From positions 176,407-240,406 of the forward strand of contig NW_005434605.1 of the NCBI RefSeq assembly GCF_000315625.1: DNA of 64,000 nt. The letters are read 5' to 3'. Position 1 is the first letter of the stretch. Each line of letters opens with the position of its first letter. Positions 44,190 to 58,200 of this stretch are shown piece after piece. A program made the translations under genes and the position numbers. This DNA comes from Guillardia theta CCMP2712 (lineage: Eukaryota; Protista; Cryptophyta). The notes under the pieces are model-generated. The model ran no database searches and was not told the DNA's origin. It was given only the letters and a program-made list of their open reading frames with translations.

Positions 44190-45145
44190 AATATCCGCCG
44201 GGTGGTGGTGTTCAGGTGGTTCTTGAGTGTGACCGGCGGGTGCCGGCATCGGGCCCGGGGGCCCGGCTGACTCTTTTGGTACTCGATTGAAGGGGCGGGC
44301 CCGGTGATCGGGGCCTGCCGCCGCCCGCGGATTGAAGTAAGAAATAGAGAGGGGGTACTGCTGTGATTCTATTGCGAGGGTGGGGTGATTTTCACCCGTA
44401 GTAAATCAAATCAAATGGGGGGTGATAAAGATGTCATGTGGTAGAATAGGGGGTAGGGTAATCACCCCCCTTTCGTCACTTCCTAAGAGGTCTCAAGCAA
44501 AGGACCCAAACGAGATGTACCCTCCAATTACCTACCACTACCCCCTAAATGTCTCATCTTTCTCAGAAAAGGACAATTGTGATTGGGTATAGCAATATTT
44601 ACTCTTGAAGTATCGAGCAAAAGTACATGATGGACAGCCCAAGAAAGAATGTCGAACCCCCTACCTTCTAAAATTACAACCCTACCCCAGCAAAATCGTT
44701 CAGATGGCTCCTTTACCCCCACCCCCGCCCCACGTGATCTTCGCTTATTACTACCCTCGACGATCATGTCCTTCCCTGTCGATTACCACCCCTACCCACT
44801 ATAAATCAGCCTACCCCCTCTTTGGGCTGTTGATGACGTCTACGCCTCCTTTCCCTCCCTTATCGTATGACCCCACCAACTCATTACCCCCAATCAATTG
44901 TCTTAGACCCCCCTGAATCGGGTTCCTCTCCCCTTGCCAACAAAACGTTGGGGTCATAATCGACTGCTTCATCTCTTCTGCTGTTCGTACAGCAAATGAC
45001 CCCGACCGGTATCTGACTACCCCACCCTTCTACCTATGACCCGTTCAGTCGTAAGGTAAATTGAACACGTTGGTATACCACCCCTCTACCAATCATTGAT
45101 TACCACCCCCACCCATCGTTTTAAAATACCCCCACCCTACCTGGT
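44190..45145. promoter_or_regulatory. Divergent promoter: CCGG island (44197-44311) and GGGGTR/YACCCC array switching polarity at ~44460
   Basis: CCGGTGATCGG at 44301; G-rich motifs 44350-44460 face the minus gene; about 20 C-rich motifs 44463-45140 face MDH. Confidence 0.6.
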
Positions 45146-45158
45146 TTCAACCATCGCA

Positions 45159-47204
45159 ATGCTCTCCTCCCTCAGAGCCACCGCTTCCCGCTCCCTCACT
45201 GTAAGACGCCCTGCATCCTCCTCCTCCTCCTCGACCAGCACCACCATCACCACCACCACCTGCTTTGTTCCTTAAGTGTTCGCCCTCCTTTTGCTTCTCC
45301 TCTTCCTCCTTCGAAATCTCGCATGGCGATCCTCTGTTAGATGTTTACTTTGTTCACAGCGCAGCCTTGCTTCCCAGCAGCAGCGAGGATTCAAGTGCAG
45401 GTTAGACCTTAGTCTTCAGATCCCCCAGATTCTGATCCCATGACCCAGCGTCCTCGGAGCTGCCGGTGGCATTGGACAGCCCCTCTCCCTCCTCCTCAAG
45501 CTCAACCCCCGCGTTACCGAGCTCACCTGCTACGATGTTGCTCCTGTCACTCCTGGTTGGCTAGTATCGTGCTCTTACTCGCACAAACGACTGACGATGG
45601 CATGAAGGTGTTGCGGCCGATCTTTCCCACTGCTCCTCCAACTCCAAGTGCACTGGATACTCCGGAGAGGACCTCAAGAAGGCCCTCGATGGCTGCCAGG
45701 CATGCGTAAGCGGCGGCGCGCTCCTTCCTTGACTTGGTCTTCAGGTTGTTGTCATCCCTGCCGGTGTTCCCCGCAAGCCCGGCATGACTCGTGATGATCT
45801 CTTCAACACCAACGGTGCCTCCTCCACCAAGCGCCATATAATAGCTGCTGGTGCTGACTTCTCCACCAGCAAGCATCGTCAAGAACTTGGTTGCTGCTTG
45901 CGCCGAGGCCTGCCCCAAGGCCTGCCTCTTGATCATCTCCAACCCTGTCAACTCCACTGTTCCCATCGCTTCCGAGGTCCGTGGGAGGATGATGAGGAGG
46001 TAGGGAGGAGAACCAAGAGCTCACTGTATGTTGCAGGTGTTGAAGAGCAAGGGCGTCTACGATCCCAAGAAGCTCTTTGGTGTCACCACCCTTGACGTTG
46101 TCCGTGCTCGCACCTTCATCGCTCAGGCCAAGGGCCTCGACGTCAACAAGGTGATGCCTCTTCCTTCCACTACCCTCTTGGCTGTTCAACTCCATGTGCT
46201 CGTTAACTCTCCTCTCTCCATCTCCCCTCGATCTTTCCCCTCTCCTCTCCTCTCCTCTGCTTCTCACCTACTTCAGGTCACCATCCCGGTCATTGGAGGA
46301 CACGCTGGTACCACCATCGTTCCCCTCATCTCGCGTGCCGAGCCCAAGGTGACCAGACCACCTGCGTTCTTGTCCCCTCTTGACGCTGTTGAAGGTTTCC
46401 TTCCCCGACGCTGAGCGTGATGCTTTGACCAACCGCATCATGTTCGGAGGAGACGAAGTTCTCAAGGTAAGGGGCGTTTTCCCCTCCCCCTTCTCTTCCT
46501 CACGGGCCTCCCCCCTCCTCACCCTCAGGGCCTCCTCCTGCTCTCCCTCAGGGCTTCCCCCTCTTCCTCCGGCCCCCCCCCCCCCCCCACCCCCCCCTTT
46601 CCTCTTGTTCCATTTTTTTGCTGTGTTTCCTTTTTTCATTGTTGGAGCGATTCTTCGAATCCGATCTCAATTCTTCGCTTGAGCGGCCGAGGGCTCACAT
46701 GGTGGCAGGCCAAGGCTGGAGGAGGATCCGCCACCCTCTCCATGGCCTTCGCTGGAGCTGAGTTCGCCGACAAGTGCGTCTCGTGCTCTTGTGCGATCGT
46801 TGGCGTGACGTTGGGTCAGGGTCATGGCTGCCCTCGATGGCAAGACCGGCATCACTGAGTGCACCTTCGTCGAGTCCACCGTTACCTCTAGTGAGTTTCC
46901 CGACCCCTCGCGTTCTAAGGAGGTGACCTTGATGGCAGGCAAGTTCTTCTCCTCCCCTGTCACCCTCGGCAAGAACGGAGTTGAGCAGATCCACGGGTGA
47001 GGACGGAGAGGGAGGAGGGTGAGAGGGCGAGGTGAGAGGCTGCTGCAGATACGGAGAGGTCAACGCCTACGAGCAGAAGCTCATCAACGACATGTTGCCC
47101 GACCTCACCGCTCAGGTTCCTCCAGCTCCTCGTGTGCCGCCGGATCTCTTGACATGCGCTTCCAGGTCGAGAAGGGCATCAAGTGGGCGCAGGAGAACAA
47201 GTAA
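45159..47204 (+). CDS. MDH2: Mitochondrial malate dehydrogenase
   Basis: Presequence [14 protein letters not shown]; [91 protein letters not shown]. Confidence 0.97.
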
Positions 47205-47338
47205 ATTCAAGCCTGAACATCACGAGGGGAGAGCAGAGCTTCGAGTTTCTCGTTGGTTTCATTAAAATCTCGAGTTTTTCGTCTTTCCTCGTACCTCCCT
47301 CCCTTCCCCAGCCCTTTGACTTCCCTTTGACTTCCACT

Positions 47339-48760
47339 CTACCTTGACTTCCTGAACAAGAAGAATGCTCCTGACGGGCTCCTGCACACTCGGAGGTCTG
47401 CGCTATCGTGCTTCAGACAAATAATTTTCAACATGAAGACAAAAAGTAGGAGGGGTAGGGGAGGGGCATCCAGAGGTGAAATGAGGATGAGGGCGAAGGA
47501 CGATCAGGGTCGGGAGCTGAGGATGGAGACGAGGCGAGAGGGTCTTCCCACCTTCAGAGAGGTACGTGATGGCAAGAACAGCTTTGCTGTCAGGCTGCCA
47601 GTCAGCGATCCACGTCTAGGATGCTCCTCCTTGTACCTGAAGAAAACGCCCGAGCCCACGATCTGCGACTGCGCCTTGAGGACGGAGGCCAAGTTGACGT
47701 TCTCGTAGCTTTGCTCGAACACCTGCGCGAATGTGAATGTGAAGAGGAGGAGGAGAGGAAGGAGAAGGAGAGGGAGGAGGAAAGAAGAGGTAAGGACAGA
47801 GTGGAGAAGGAGGACACGTTGCATGCAAAAGAGGAAGGAGCTTGCGCCACCTGCTGGTTCACCACCGTGATGTTTCCTTGTAGCACACTCGTCACTGGTG
47901 CTCCTGTGACGGGCATGAGCAGAACCTGCGCCATCGTCATCCACACCTCCTCCTCATTCTCCTTGTCATCATCATCACCATCATCGTTATTGTCATCGTA
48001 ATCATCATCACCACCACCATCATCACCACCATCATCATCATCTCATCCAAGTGTCTGTTTAACCTCCTCCGTCTCAGCAACGCCGGTGCTGCTCAAAGTC
48101 TGGGTGATGCTCTTGAATTTCATGAAGGGAAAGTTCCCGAAGCCCGTCAGCCCTCTGTTCTTCACCATGGCGGGAGAGTTGGTAAACGCCAGCTCCCATC
48201 TCCCCCACAGCTTCGCGCTCCTCGTCGGGCTTTCCACAGCGTTAAACTCCTCAAGCTCGCTCAGCATGCTGTCCATCCGCTCGACATCTTGCTTTGATGC
48301 ATCGAAACCGATACCAGCTTGACCCACCAAGTCTTGAATGTCAGCGATCAGCTGCTTCTCCTTCCTCTTGCTCGACACTTCCACCTCTCCATCCCTTTTC
48401 TTCTTCGCCTCCAAACTCAACGTGGATCGCTGGCGGATCAGCTTTTCCAGTGCTGTCCGGGTTTGGCACGTTGAAATCTGTTCTCCTCGTTGAGAGCTCC
48501 GCATATTGCCATAGTTGGGAAGTACTGAGAAGGTGGAGACGCTTCCTGCTCCAAAAAAGGTTCTAGTCAGAGGCATTCTTGCAGTACTCCCCGTCTTTCC
48601 CTTCTTTCCTCACAGCTTCTTCCATCTCATCATCTTGCTCCCTCTCCGACCTCCTATCGTCTCTTCTAGCTCTCTTTCTCTCTTTCCCTCCTCGTCCTCT
48701 CTTACCTTGCATCGCCATCACCAGCGCCATCACCAACATTCCCTCCGCCATTGAGCGCAT
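47339..48760 (-). CDS. Plastid lipid-associated PAP/fibrillin family protein with bipartite targeting leader
   Basis: Signal peptide MLVMALVMAMQ|GSVST-F followed by an S/R-rich transit region; ELEEFNAVESPTRSAKLWGRWELAFT; C-terminal ITYLS...DLRVCRSPSGAFFLFRK*. Confidence 0.8.
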
Positions 48761-49176
48761 TTTGGCCTGATGGGTTTATAACCCTCACCCACTACCCCCT
48801 GTTTGCTATGAAAAAGTACCCCCACGCCTTTTACAAGTTTCTCCAGTCGACAATGCATTTGTGAATGTAGGATCTATGTTCAGCTCGTCGAAGATGCCCA
48901 GCAGAACAGTTTGAGTGACATGACAACGAAGCTGGTGAGGTTGAGATCAACACCTTCAGCATTGCGAGGTGAGAAAGATCACAGCTCTTAACTTTGCTTG
49001 AATGTTTTACTTTAATACAACAACGTGATCTTCGAACTACAATGCGCCTACGGCAGGTACATGGCAGGACAAACAGCTTCCTGCGCCCTTCATCCTCTAC
49101 ATGCACGTGGCTAGACGGATCGCATCCTCAGAAAACCTGTAAAGAATCGAATCCCCATGTCTCCTCCTCAGCTCCT

Positions 49177-51210
49177 TCACTTCCCGAGCTTGGCAACAGC
49201 CGAGTCCATGAAGGCGAAGATGTTCCCGTTGATGAAGTCGTTGTCGACGATCGTGACCAGCATGTACTGGTCGTAGATGTCCTGGACGACCTTGGCGGAG
49301 CTCGAGCCCTCCTCATACAGCTTCTTCCACTGCGAGAGCCACAGTCCGAACGCCTCGTCCTTCCACACCAGGAACGACTCCTCGTCAACGACGGTGGGCT
49401 GAACGATCTCGCGATCGGGGAAGACACCCCAGGTGACTGCGTTGACCTTGTTCTTGGCCGAAGTCTCGTACTGTCCCTTGGTGTTGACAGCGCTGTACTG
49501 GATGGACTTGTGCTCGGGGAGAGCGGCCTTGATGGCAGCAAGGTGAGCAGGAGAGCAGAACATCTCGATGTAAGCCTTCTGGTAGACGACTCCTCCAGGT
49601 CCTCCCCATCCGTGGACCTCGTCTGTGGAGGAGGCGGCGTTGACGCGTGGCTGGCTGTTGATGGTGAGGAAGCCGGAGTCGCAGAGCTTGGCGAGCGACT
49701 CCTTGAGGGCATTGGTCTCCACGTCGAGGGCAGTGCACCACGGCAGCCTGTTGATCTCTCCCTTGAGGAACTTGGCGAAGAGGGCGTTGACGTCGGCAAC
49801 GCCGGAGAGCTGGGAGCCGTAGGCTGCCTTGCGGTCAGCCTCGTCGACAGTGTGGACCTGGGTCAGGTGGTAGTCGGTCAGCTCCCCGAACGCAGGAGAG
49901 CGGCTGTCTCCCCAGCGTCCGTTGGGGTACTCGTCCCAGTGCATAGTCCTGGAGTTGTAGGAACGGGGGCGGTTGGCCCAGAAGATGGGGCGGACATCCT
50001 CGGTCTTCTGTCCGATCCTGGGCCTCCATGGGAGGGCACGGCGGCTGGTGGTGTTCTTCAACAAGTTCAAGTTGTTCAGGATGGCGACAGTCGACTTCTC
50101 AAGATTGAGCGTGTACATGTGGAGGCCGGGGATGCCATTGTCCAAGAGGCGGCGGCACATGTCGGTCACCAGCTGCACGCCATACTCCTTGACCGCGTCC
50201 TCGTTGTCCTTGATCGCCTCGAGGCCATCGCGGATCGCCTTGGGCACCTTGGTCTTGCAGAAGCCGGTCATGCGGTTGAAGCCAGCATAGGCGTTGATGG
50301 GCATGATGCCGGGGACAATGGGGACGTTGATACCGATCTCGCGGCAGTCCTTGACCCACTTGAGGAAGACGTCCACGTCGTAGAAGAGCTGGGTGATGAT
50401 CATGTCGGCGCCAGCATCCACCTTGTCCTTGAGGTACTGCAAATCTCTGCGGTAGTCCTCCTCCGAGATCTCAGGCGTGTCCTTGAACCAGTCGATGTGC
50501 CCCTCGGGGTAGCCAGCAACGGAGATACCGAAGTAGTCGCCGTGGAGCTGCCTCACGTATCGGACGAGGTCAACTGCGTTGGCAAAGCCTCCCTCTGTCG
50601 CTTCCCACTTCTCCTGTCCCGCGGGGGGATCTCCACGGAGGCAGAGGATGTTCTGGATGCCAGCCTCGCGCGCCTGCTGGAGGGCTTGGGTCACAGTCTC
50701 CTTAGTGACGTTGGTGCAGGTCAAGTGCATCTGGGTCTCGAGGTTGAACTGCCTCTGGAAGTTGGAGCTAGATCACGAGTCAGCAACGGGCAAGAGCTGT
50801 TGACAAGGCAGTCACCTGAGCTCGAGGGTGAGGTCGCTGGTGGACCCTCCAGCACCCCAGGTGATGTCCACGAAGAGGGGCTCCAACTTGCCAAGACGCT
50901 CAACTCTCTCATAGAGATTGGAGACACCTGAAAGAGCAGGATGTCAGTCAAGGCGCTGGATACAGAGATGCAGAGACAGACAATAAGTGAGGAGTTGTAC
51001 GAGGAGCGGGGAACAGTTTGATATCGTGACGGGCACGCAGTGAAAGCGGAAGTTCGACAGAGCATGGGAAAGGATGCAAGGGAGAGGGGAGGAGGGTGCG
51101 AGAGAAGCTGGTGGAGAAGAGAAGAAACCTGAGGGCGTCTTGGGAGGGAAGAACTCGAAGGAGTAGAACGGCGCGCCATTGCGCTCCTTGAGACGGTCGA
51201 CGATCTTCAT
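49177..51210 (-). CDS. MTHFR: Methylenetetrahydrofolate reductase (eukaryotic catalytic plus regulatory domains)
   Basis: [112 protein letters not shown]; 2 introns. Confidence 0.98.
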
Positions 51211-51229
51211 GGCCTCGTGTGTTGGCCGG

Positions 51230-51660
51230 CTCACCACCCTACCTTGATTATATAGTGGAGGTAGGCTATACAGGGGTTGGTAGTGTTGGGGCATAAGCCG
51301 AAGGGTAGGGTCACATCCCCCACCTCAGATATTCCACTAAAATGTACCCCTTTACTTCAGATTCCTGACCACCCCCACCTGCTCCCTTCGGGACTCTTGC
51401 AAGCCTTGGAAGGGTACATGGTAGGTGGTACATCCAAAAGGTGGGAGTGAGATAGGGTAATTGGGGGGTAGTTGTTTCAGGACAGGGGTAGAGGAACAAC
51501 TCAGGGGGTGGGGGGTGATGAAAACCTTGACTTTTACCAGTATTGGATGGTAACATTGGGGGTAAACAGTGAATGAAAGGGGGTGAGAAATGTTCCTAGA
51601 TATTTGAACGGGTGGGGTAGTAAGCGAAACTTGGTCCTTGGAATAGGAGGTGGGGTGATG
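51230..51660. promoter_or_regulatory. GGGGTR array upstream of MTHFR (mostly G-rich on +)
   Basis: gggtagggt, ggggggtag, ggggtag, gggggtgggggtga, gggggtaa, gggggtga, gggtggggtag, ggggtga. Confidence 0.55.
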
Positions 51661-52296
51661 CTTTTTGGAGCCGGCAGGGAGTTGTGATGTGGCGAAGATG
51701 TGGAGGAGATTTTCAAATGCAATCTAATAATTTCAAAACTCTTCTCAACATTTCACACAGAGAATTCAAATATACCCACTATTTTTAGGCTCCATGGAGC
51801 CCTAAGAATTCGGTCCTAGAGGGTTCGGTCGGGTGTACCATTTCTATGAACTGCGGTCCTTGGAAGCTCGTAGAATGTGGTACTAGGATACCTAGGACCA
51901 CCTTTACACCGGTATCATCTCCTTAAGAATTAAACTTTGAAGTTGTCGCAGTCAAACTTTGAGAATTCGCTCCCTGATATGAAACTTACAAAACTTTGAA
52001 ACTTCAGCCTGGTTGGCCCGCAGACAACTTTTCAGTTTGCCTCGGAATGGTCCGCCGAGGCCGCTCGTTCTGCTGCCGCGCCGGCGGTCACGACAGTCGG
52101 GGCGTGGCCAGGCCCTTCGAGCCTCATGGCATGGGAGTGCGCCTCGGGGGCGGCCCCTGACTGGGCGGCCGGCGGTACGCGGACTCGGTGACGGTTTCAA
52201 ATTTACTTAGTTTCATCAAACCTTCGAAGTACCAGCCACACACACATGCAACATGTTTATATGTACATCACCTGTGAAGAATCGGTTCCCAATTGG

Positions 52297-55200
52297 CTAG
52301 CCCAGACAGCGAGTCTCCACGGACTCTTGCACCAGCTCCTCGAACAAGCTGTCGGCTACTTCAGCCATGATCTGCTCCTCATCTGCCTTGATATCCATTA
52401 GGATGTTGTCCATTTCAAGTACGGACCGCTCAACAGCTCGCTCCAGCACCTTCTCCTCCAGCTCCCAGTCCAGCTCGCTCTTCCCGTCCCCGTGCGCATG
52501 TCTGACCGTCAGCTCCGAGGAGGCGCATACCTCTGCCATCCTCTTGAGGAGATCCCTCCTGACCCCCTCTGCTCCCTTGACGACCGACTGCGCCCTCTGC
52601 ATCCTGCTGATCTCCTCGTTCATCAGGTCGAAGAGCAACTTGTGAAAGATCTGCTGGGCCTCCGTCCGCCGCCCCGCGAACTTCTTCTCCTTGTTCAGGA
52701 AGTCAGTCATGACGTCGAGCTCCCTCAGCTCCTCCATGCCCTTGTCGTCCACTGAGTCCAGGAGCTCCGCGGCGTAGAGGACTGCAGACGCCGTCGACCT
52801 CGGGCAAGAGGAGAGGTCCTCCACCGCGCTCAAAAGTATCCTTGAGGAGACGGTCCTCTCATCCAGGAGGCTAGCTGCCTTGCGGGCGCTGCCTCCCGAA
52901 TCATCCGAGTGGAAGGAGAAGTCTTGCTCGTTCCAGCCCGACAGGATCTGGGCATCCGACGAGGTCGAGCTGCTGGCGCTGTGAGGAGACGAGTCAAGCT
53001 GGCTCGGAGCTCGGAGGTCCATGGCGAGCGAGTCAGACACGAGCTCGTCCAGCAGCATGTCTGAGACTGCCGGCACGCTGTCAAGCTTCTGCTTCCGCTG
53101 GTGAACCGACGGGGGCGCGAGGGGAGGAGAATCGACAGTGGGGGAAAGGCTACCAGGGGTTCCATCAGGGAATCGAATGCCGCCTCCCTCGCGTCCGCTG
53201 CAATCTTCCTGTCCATTCGCCCCTCTTTCGAGCTGAACGAACTTCTCTGCGACCCCCTTGACCCGCGGAGCCGGAGCTTGCTCGTCCACCAGGCGATTCA
53301 GGCGCGACATCTCTCCCAGCTTGGGGTACAGACAAGCAACCCTTGAAGGCGAGTTGACAGGCTGAGGTGGCGAGAGGTTCGAGGGAGAGGGGGCATTGTT
53401 CTCTTTCATATCCACCGCATCCGTCTGCGAGTCGAAGTGGAACTTGATGGAATCTCCTCCGTTCCCCGAGTCATTCTGAGATGAGATGCTCTCGTCCGAT
53501 ACAAACTCATCTGTCAACTTGTCAAGCCCGGTCAACTTTGAAGGTTTTGCTCGCTTGTAGTGAGATTGACTCTTCATCACCGCATCAAATATGGAAGCAT
53601 CAGCCTCCTCGGTGCGCCTGGCATCCAAACAAGACTCAAGGCCATCAGTTGCAGGCTCCTCCTGGGGCTTCTCGTCCCCTGCCATGACCTCTGCGCCCCG
53701 TGCCTCCTCCTCCTCGGCTGGCTCCCCCCTCTCGGCTGGCTCCTCCTCCTCCTTCGCCCTGACCGCCTCCTCCGTCGACCGGTCCAGGCTCTCCTCCTCC
53801 TCCCACCTGTCGGACTCCTCCTCCTCCTCCTCCTCCTGGGGCTCCTCGTCCCCTGCCATGACCTCTGCGCCCCGTGCCTCCTCGTCCTCCTTCGCCCTGA
53901 CCGCCTCCTCCGTCGACCGGTCCAGGCTCCCCTCTCGCTGCAATATGTCAGACGTGCCCTGTTTCTTGATCTGGTGGACCGGAAATTGGATTTGGATCAA
54001 TTTGCTGTTCGTTCCATTCAAGAATGATTTGGAGGGAGAATTATTGATATCCCCAATGTCTTCCGAATCTTTGAACACAATGCCTTGGCGTTGAGGGCTG
54101 AAGCTGCCGGCACTGTCTGTCAGAAAGGTAAAGTTTGACGTGTTCTTTTCAAAGTGTGTATGATGCATTGTTTCCGCATCCCTTGACAAGTCTTGATGAT
54201 CGCCATTCCTCGTTTCGTTCTCCTGATTCTGACTGCGATGGACCGATTCCTCCAAAGTATTGAGTTTCTGAGCAAAACCCTCTCGCTTCACCGCCGAACC
54301 CTCTAAGTCAGACAAATCGTCCTCTGAACCTTCCTTTATGCTTTCATCCTCCATCACCGAATCCATCAATTCCGAATCATCTTCATCAAGGTACTTGGGC
54401 CTAGCTCTTGCCTTTCCTGGCAAGGGGCTCTGGGCGACCATGGATGAAGGTGTTCCCGTCGTGGCCGATGGGATTCGCTTGTTGGGACTTGGCGAAGGTG
54501 CCACCATAGAGGAAGGAGTGCCTGGACAGCTGGGAGAGTTTCTCAAATCCTCGAGATTCCAACATGTGGTTTCATCCAGCTGCGACTGCTCCACTTTCTC
54601 CTGGCAGCTGATCGTGTCCATCCTCATCTCAACGAGGACCTGCGACCTCCTCTCAAGCTCCGATCTCTTTCGGCGTCTTTCCTCTTTGATCTGCCGCCTC
54701 AGATCAGCGATCTCCCGCTTCTCAGCCGACAGCTGCGACAAAATTCTCTTTTCCATCTCCTCGATCTCCTCCAGACTCTCCAGGGCGCAACGATCACGTT
54801 GGCCCGCAAGTTGGCCACGCGCAGCAGAGAGTCTGTCAAGCTCAATCGAAGCCTTCTCTTCGATCGCCTGCTCCCGCATTCTCAGGAGAGTGAAATGCTG
54901 CATGCAAGTTCCATCCTCCTCCTCGAGCGACCTCTTGATCAGGCTCAACGCGTCCCTGGTGATCCGATCGTCGTTGACGGGCGATGGGACGTCTGACATA
55001 ATGTTGATGGGCTCCAGGGGGGAGAGGACTTGGTTCGCATCGAGCTCGTCAGATCGATCTCTTGCGTCAACACACGGCGAACCGATCAGACTGACGTGTA
55101 ATGAAGACTTGTTGCTTCCCTGAGCAGCTTCTTCCATGACGGCTCTGTACTCCTGATCCTCAAGTTGCCGATGGTGGATGTAATCCTCGATCGAGTGTTC

Positions 55201-58200
55201 CGAGCGATCAACAGCGCAACGATGCTCCCTTCGATCTCGGTCCTCATCAACCTCTGACATGATAACCCAATCAAGGTCTTTCTCTTCGAGTTCATCGCAT
55301 TCTCTCTTGGCTGACAGCTCCGCCCCATCTTCACAATGGGATGACACTTCCATCGACATGTTCCCTTGCGACGGCGCGTCCCTCGAATCTTGTAGATCCT
55401 CTTCGCGAACAGAAATGTGACCTTGAGATGGTCTATGAGAGAGATCGAGCTCCTCTATGTCGATCTCTTCGATCGTAATGTCAGCTCCTGTAAATTCTCT
55501 CGAGCCCAGCTCCTTGTGCCCCTCGTTTTTCTCCTCCTCCTCCTCCTCCTCCTCCTCCTCCTCCTCCTCCTCCTCCTCCTTTCCTCTCTCCATCGGCGTG
55601 TCAAGGGCCTGAGCAAGCACAAAATTGCCTGCCTGCGTCTCTCTAGGAGGAATCGTGGATGTATGAGGCTTCATGGTGGCAGCGAGGGATTGGAGCAGAG
55701 AGTCGGCAGCTTTCCTAGAGGCGGCGATGATCGATTGCGGATCAGGGAGCTTTTCTTCGCCTACATCCGCAAGGTCTTCAAACCTCTCGTCCCTGCGCTT
55801 CAAAGTGGGTTCGAGTCCTATGCGGTCGGAGAGGATGTCCAGGAGTTCAGATCTAATGCTCTCTTCGAAGCTGTCGAGGAACTTCCTTGGGGGGTGAAAA
55901 GGGAGGGTAGGGTCCAAGTCCAAGTACCTCCTGGCAGAGTTTGTTTGTAACCACTCGTCGTCGGTCCATCCCTCGAGATCGCTCGAGTCGCTGTTGGTTG
56001 AGCTCTTTGCCACCCTCGTTGAGTTCTCCGCCTTTTCTTTCTTCCTCATCGGCATGACTCTCTTGTCTTGTCCCTTTGACTTGTGCATACTTGGAAGCTT
56101 CCCACACGAAGATTCCGATCCACTCTGAAGACTCTCTTGCTTCTTGGAGACCTGAAGAGAAACAAGGCAGTCAGACGCCGTATCGAATAGTGCTTATCAG
56201 CCCCATACCATCTCTCGTTTCTTCACCTGCTTTCCGATATGCTCCCTGTTGCTTCTGACGGTCTGCATGAGATGTTCCAGATTCGACTTCTATCATGGAG
56301 TCAAGTGTGAGGATTAGCTCATAAGCTCCAGCCACACGCACCAGTTTATCTTGCTTGCGAGCGTCCAACTCTTTCTGTTTCTTCGCTGATTTCTCTCGCT
56401 CCTGGCGCTTTTGCTGCATGTATTGTTTGATCTGCGCCCAGCATCATTCGAGAATTGCAACAAAGTTGCTCTAACCTCTGCCGTAGTTCGGCCGGAGCAA
56501 TGAGGATCATGTTTTTCAACTTTCTTCTGCATGACAGAGGACTGGACAGAGAAACTTGTCAGTCTTTGATACAGCTCATCCTGTCTTCAACAACCTCCTT
56601 GCCACCCTTCTTCTTCTTGCGTCTGTGTACATGGCTCTTCTTTAACGCACAAGACGATTCACTCTGGGACAAGGTCTGGCAAGCGTGGGATCCCTGGTTT
56701 GTCAACAAAAATGAGCGCAGAGGACCAGGAGCCGACCAAGGAGGAAAGAAGTCGACAGCGAAAGGAAGAAAAAGCAGAGGAATCGTAAGGCAAGCGACAT
56801 TACCTCGTCTAGAACCTGCCGCTCGAGGATGTGCTCTGCTTTGTCCAACAGTGAGTTCCACGTTGAGGACCTGGAGCTCTTGTGGAAGTCCGAAGATTCC
56901 TGCAGAATAAACTAACGAGAGGCAAGGAGGACAAGGTACCGTAAACATGGGATGAGAGAGAAAGGCAAGAGATGAAAGGGGGGTTGCTGAGGGCTCAAGG
57001 TAGGGGCAGAGGAAGTAACCTCGAGCGAGTGGACGCCGGTGCTCTCACAAGTTGGTTCGCTGCATCATGTCAGACAGACCTCTTCTCAGCTCGACCCCGA
57101 GCACTCACTCGTCAGAGTTGCAGTACTGAGCAGACGACAAGGAGATGTCCGAAGAGGATCCCTGGGAAATAAAGTCAAGTGAGAGGCAGGAGGTCCCAAG
57201 AATTCTCAACTCACCGCAACCAAACACGGGATTCCAGAGAGATTGGAGGTCAGCCTACACGATCAAATTGTCAGATGCTCCTGGGCCATCCTCCTCCATT
57301 CTTGCTTACTGCTCATGCTTCCGGGAACGTTGACGAGAAGACTTTGACGACAGCGAAGATCCGCTCAACCCCTTGGACTTTTTGGCTGTTTCAAAATCAT
57401 CACGACGACATTTTTGAGGTCCTCCTTCCACCTCTTCCTCGCGCAGGAGCTGAAAGACTTCGCTTCCTGCTTGTTTGGGTCGCTCCGTTGACCAAGACAT
57501 GCACCTGCTTTATCTGGCCTGTCAGAGATGTACAACAAGCAAGCTTGTGCTAGGGAACCTCGTCGGTGCTGGCAGAATTCCTTGAAGCAGTGTCAATCTC
57601 TGATGAAGGAAAGTGCAAAATAAATACCTCGTCTGACTTTCAGATGTCTTCATCTCCTTACATTCTCTCTGTGGCCCGGCAGGCCGTCAACACACAACAC
57701 AGAATCCTCAAAACTTGCCTGATCTCGGATCTCCTGAAGCAGAGCCATCACGGCAGATCTCCGTCGCTCCATCTCATTCTTCGTCTCAATCTCCTGCTCC
57801 TTCTTCTGACGGATTTCCTGCAGAAACTTGTCAGATTCCGGGAGTCACGACAAAACCTCAAACCTGCAGGGCTAACGTCGGCCGCTTGCTGTGCCTGACT
57901 TTCTTCTCCCTCTTGTCCATGTTCGAATCATGCGCCGATACGTCCGCAAGATGCTGCACAACAGAGACCGTTACAAGACTAGTTCAACCATCAACGCAAG
58001 GAGGACTCGCCTTTGAGGAATCCTGGACGGTCGCCGGGATCTTGGAGGCGACGAGTTCACGAGGGTTGAGCGAATTCAACTTGTCGAGCGCGTCAGGGAC
58101 ATGAACATCTCTCGTCGTCATCGTTGACAGGTTGAAAGATCTGAAAAGAATCACATCACAATCGAGAGCATTCGAACCATTGGGGTCGCACTTGACAACT

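Noticed and set aside
48994-50931. 645-aa plus-strand ORF
   Set aside because: Antisense shadow of the codon-biased MTHFR gene; no recognisable motifs and no ATG start
51750-51805. Spliceosomal snRNA (ACAGAGA plus Sm-like AUUUUUAG and hairpin)
   Set aside because: Lacks the U6 continuation and the U5 loop-1/U4 motifs; insufficient support
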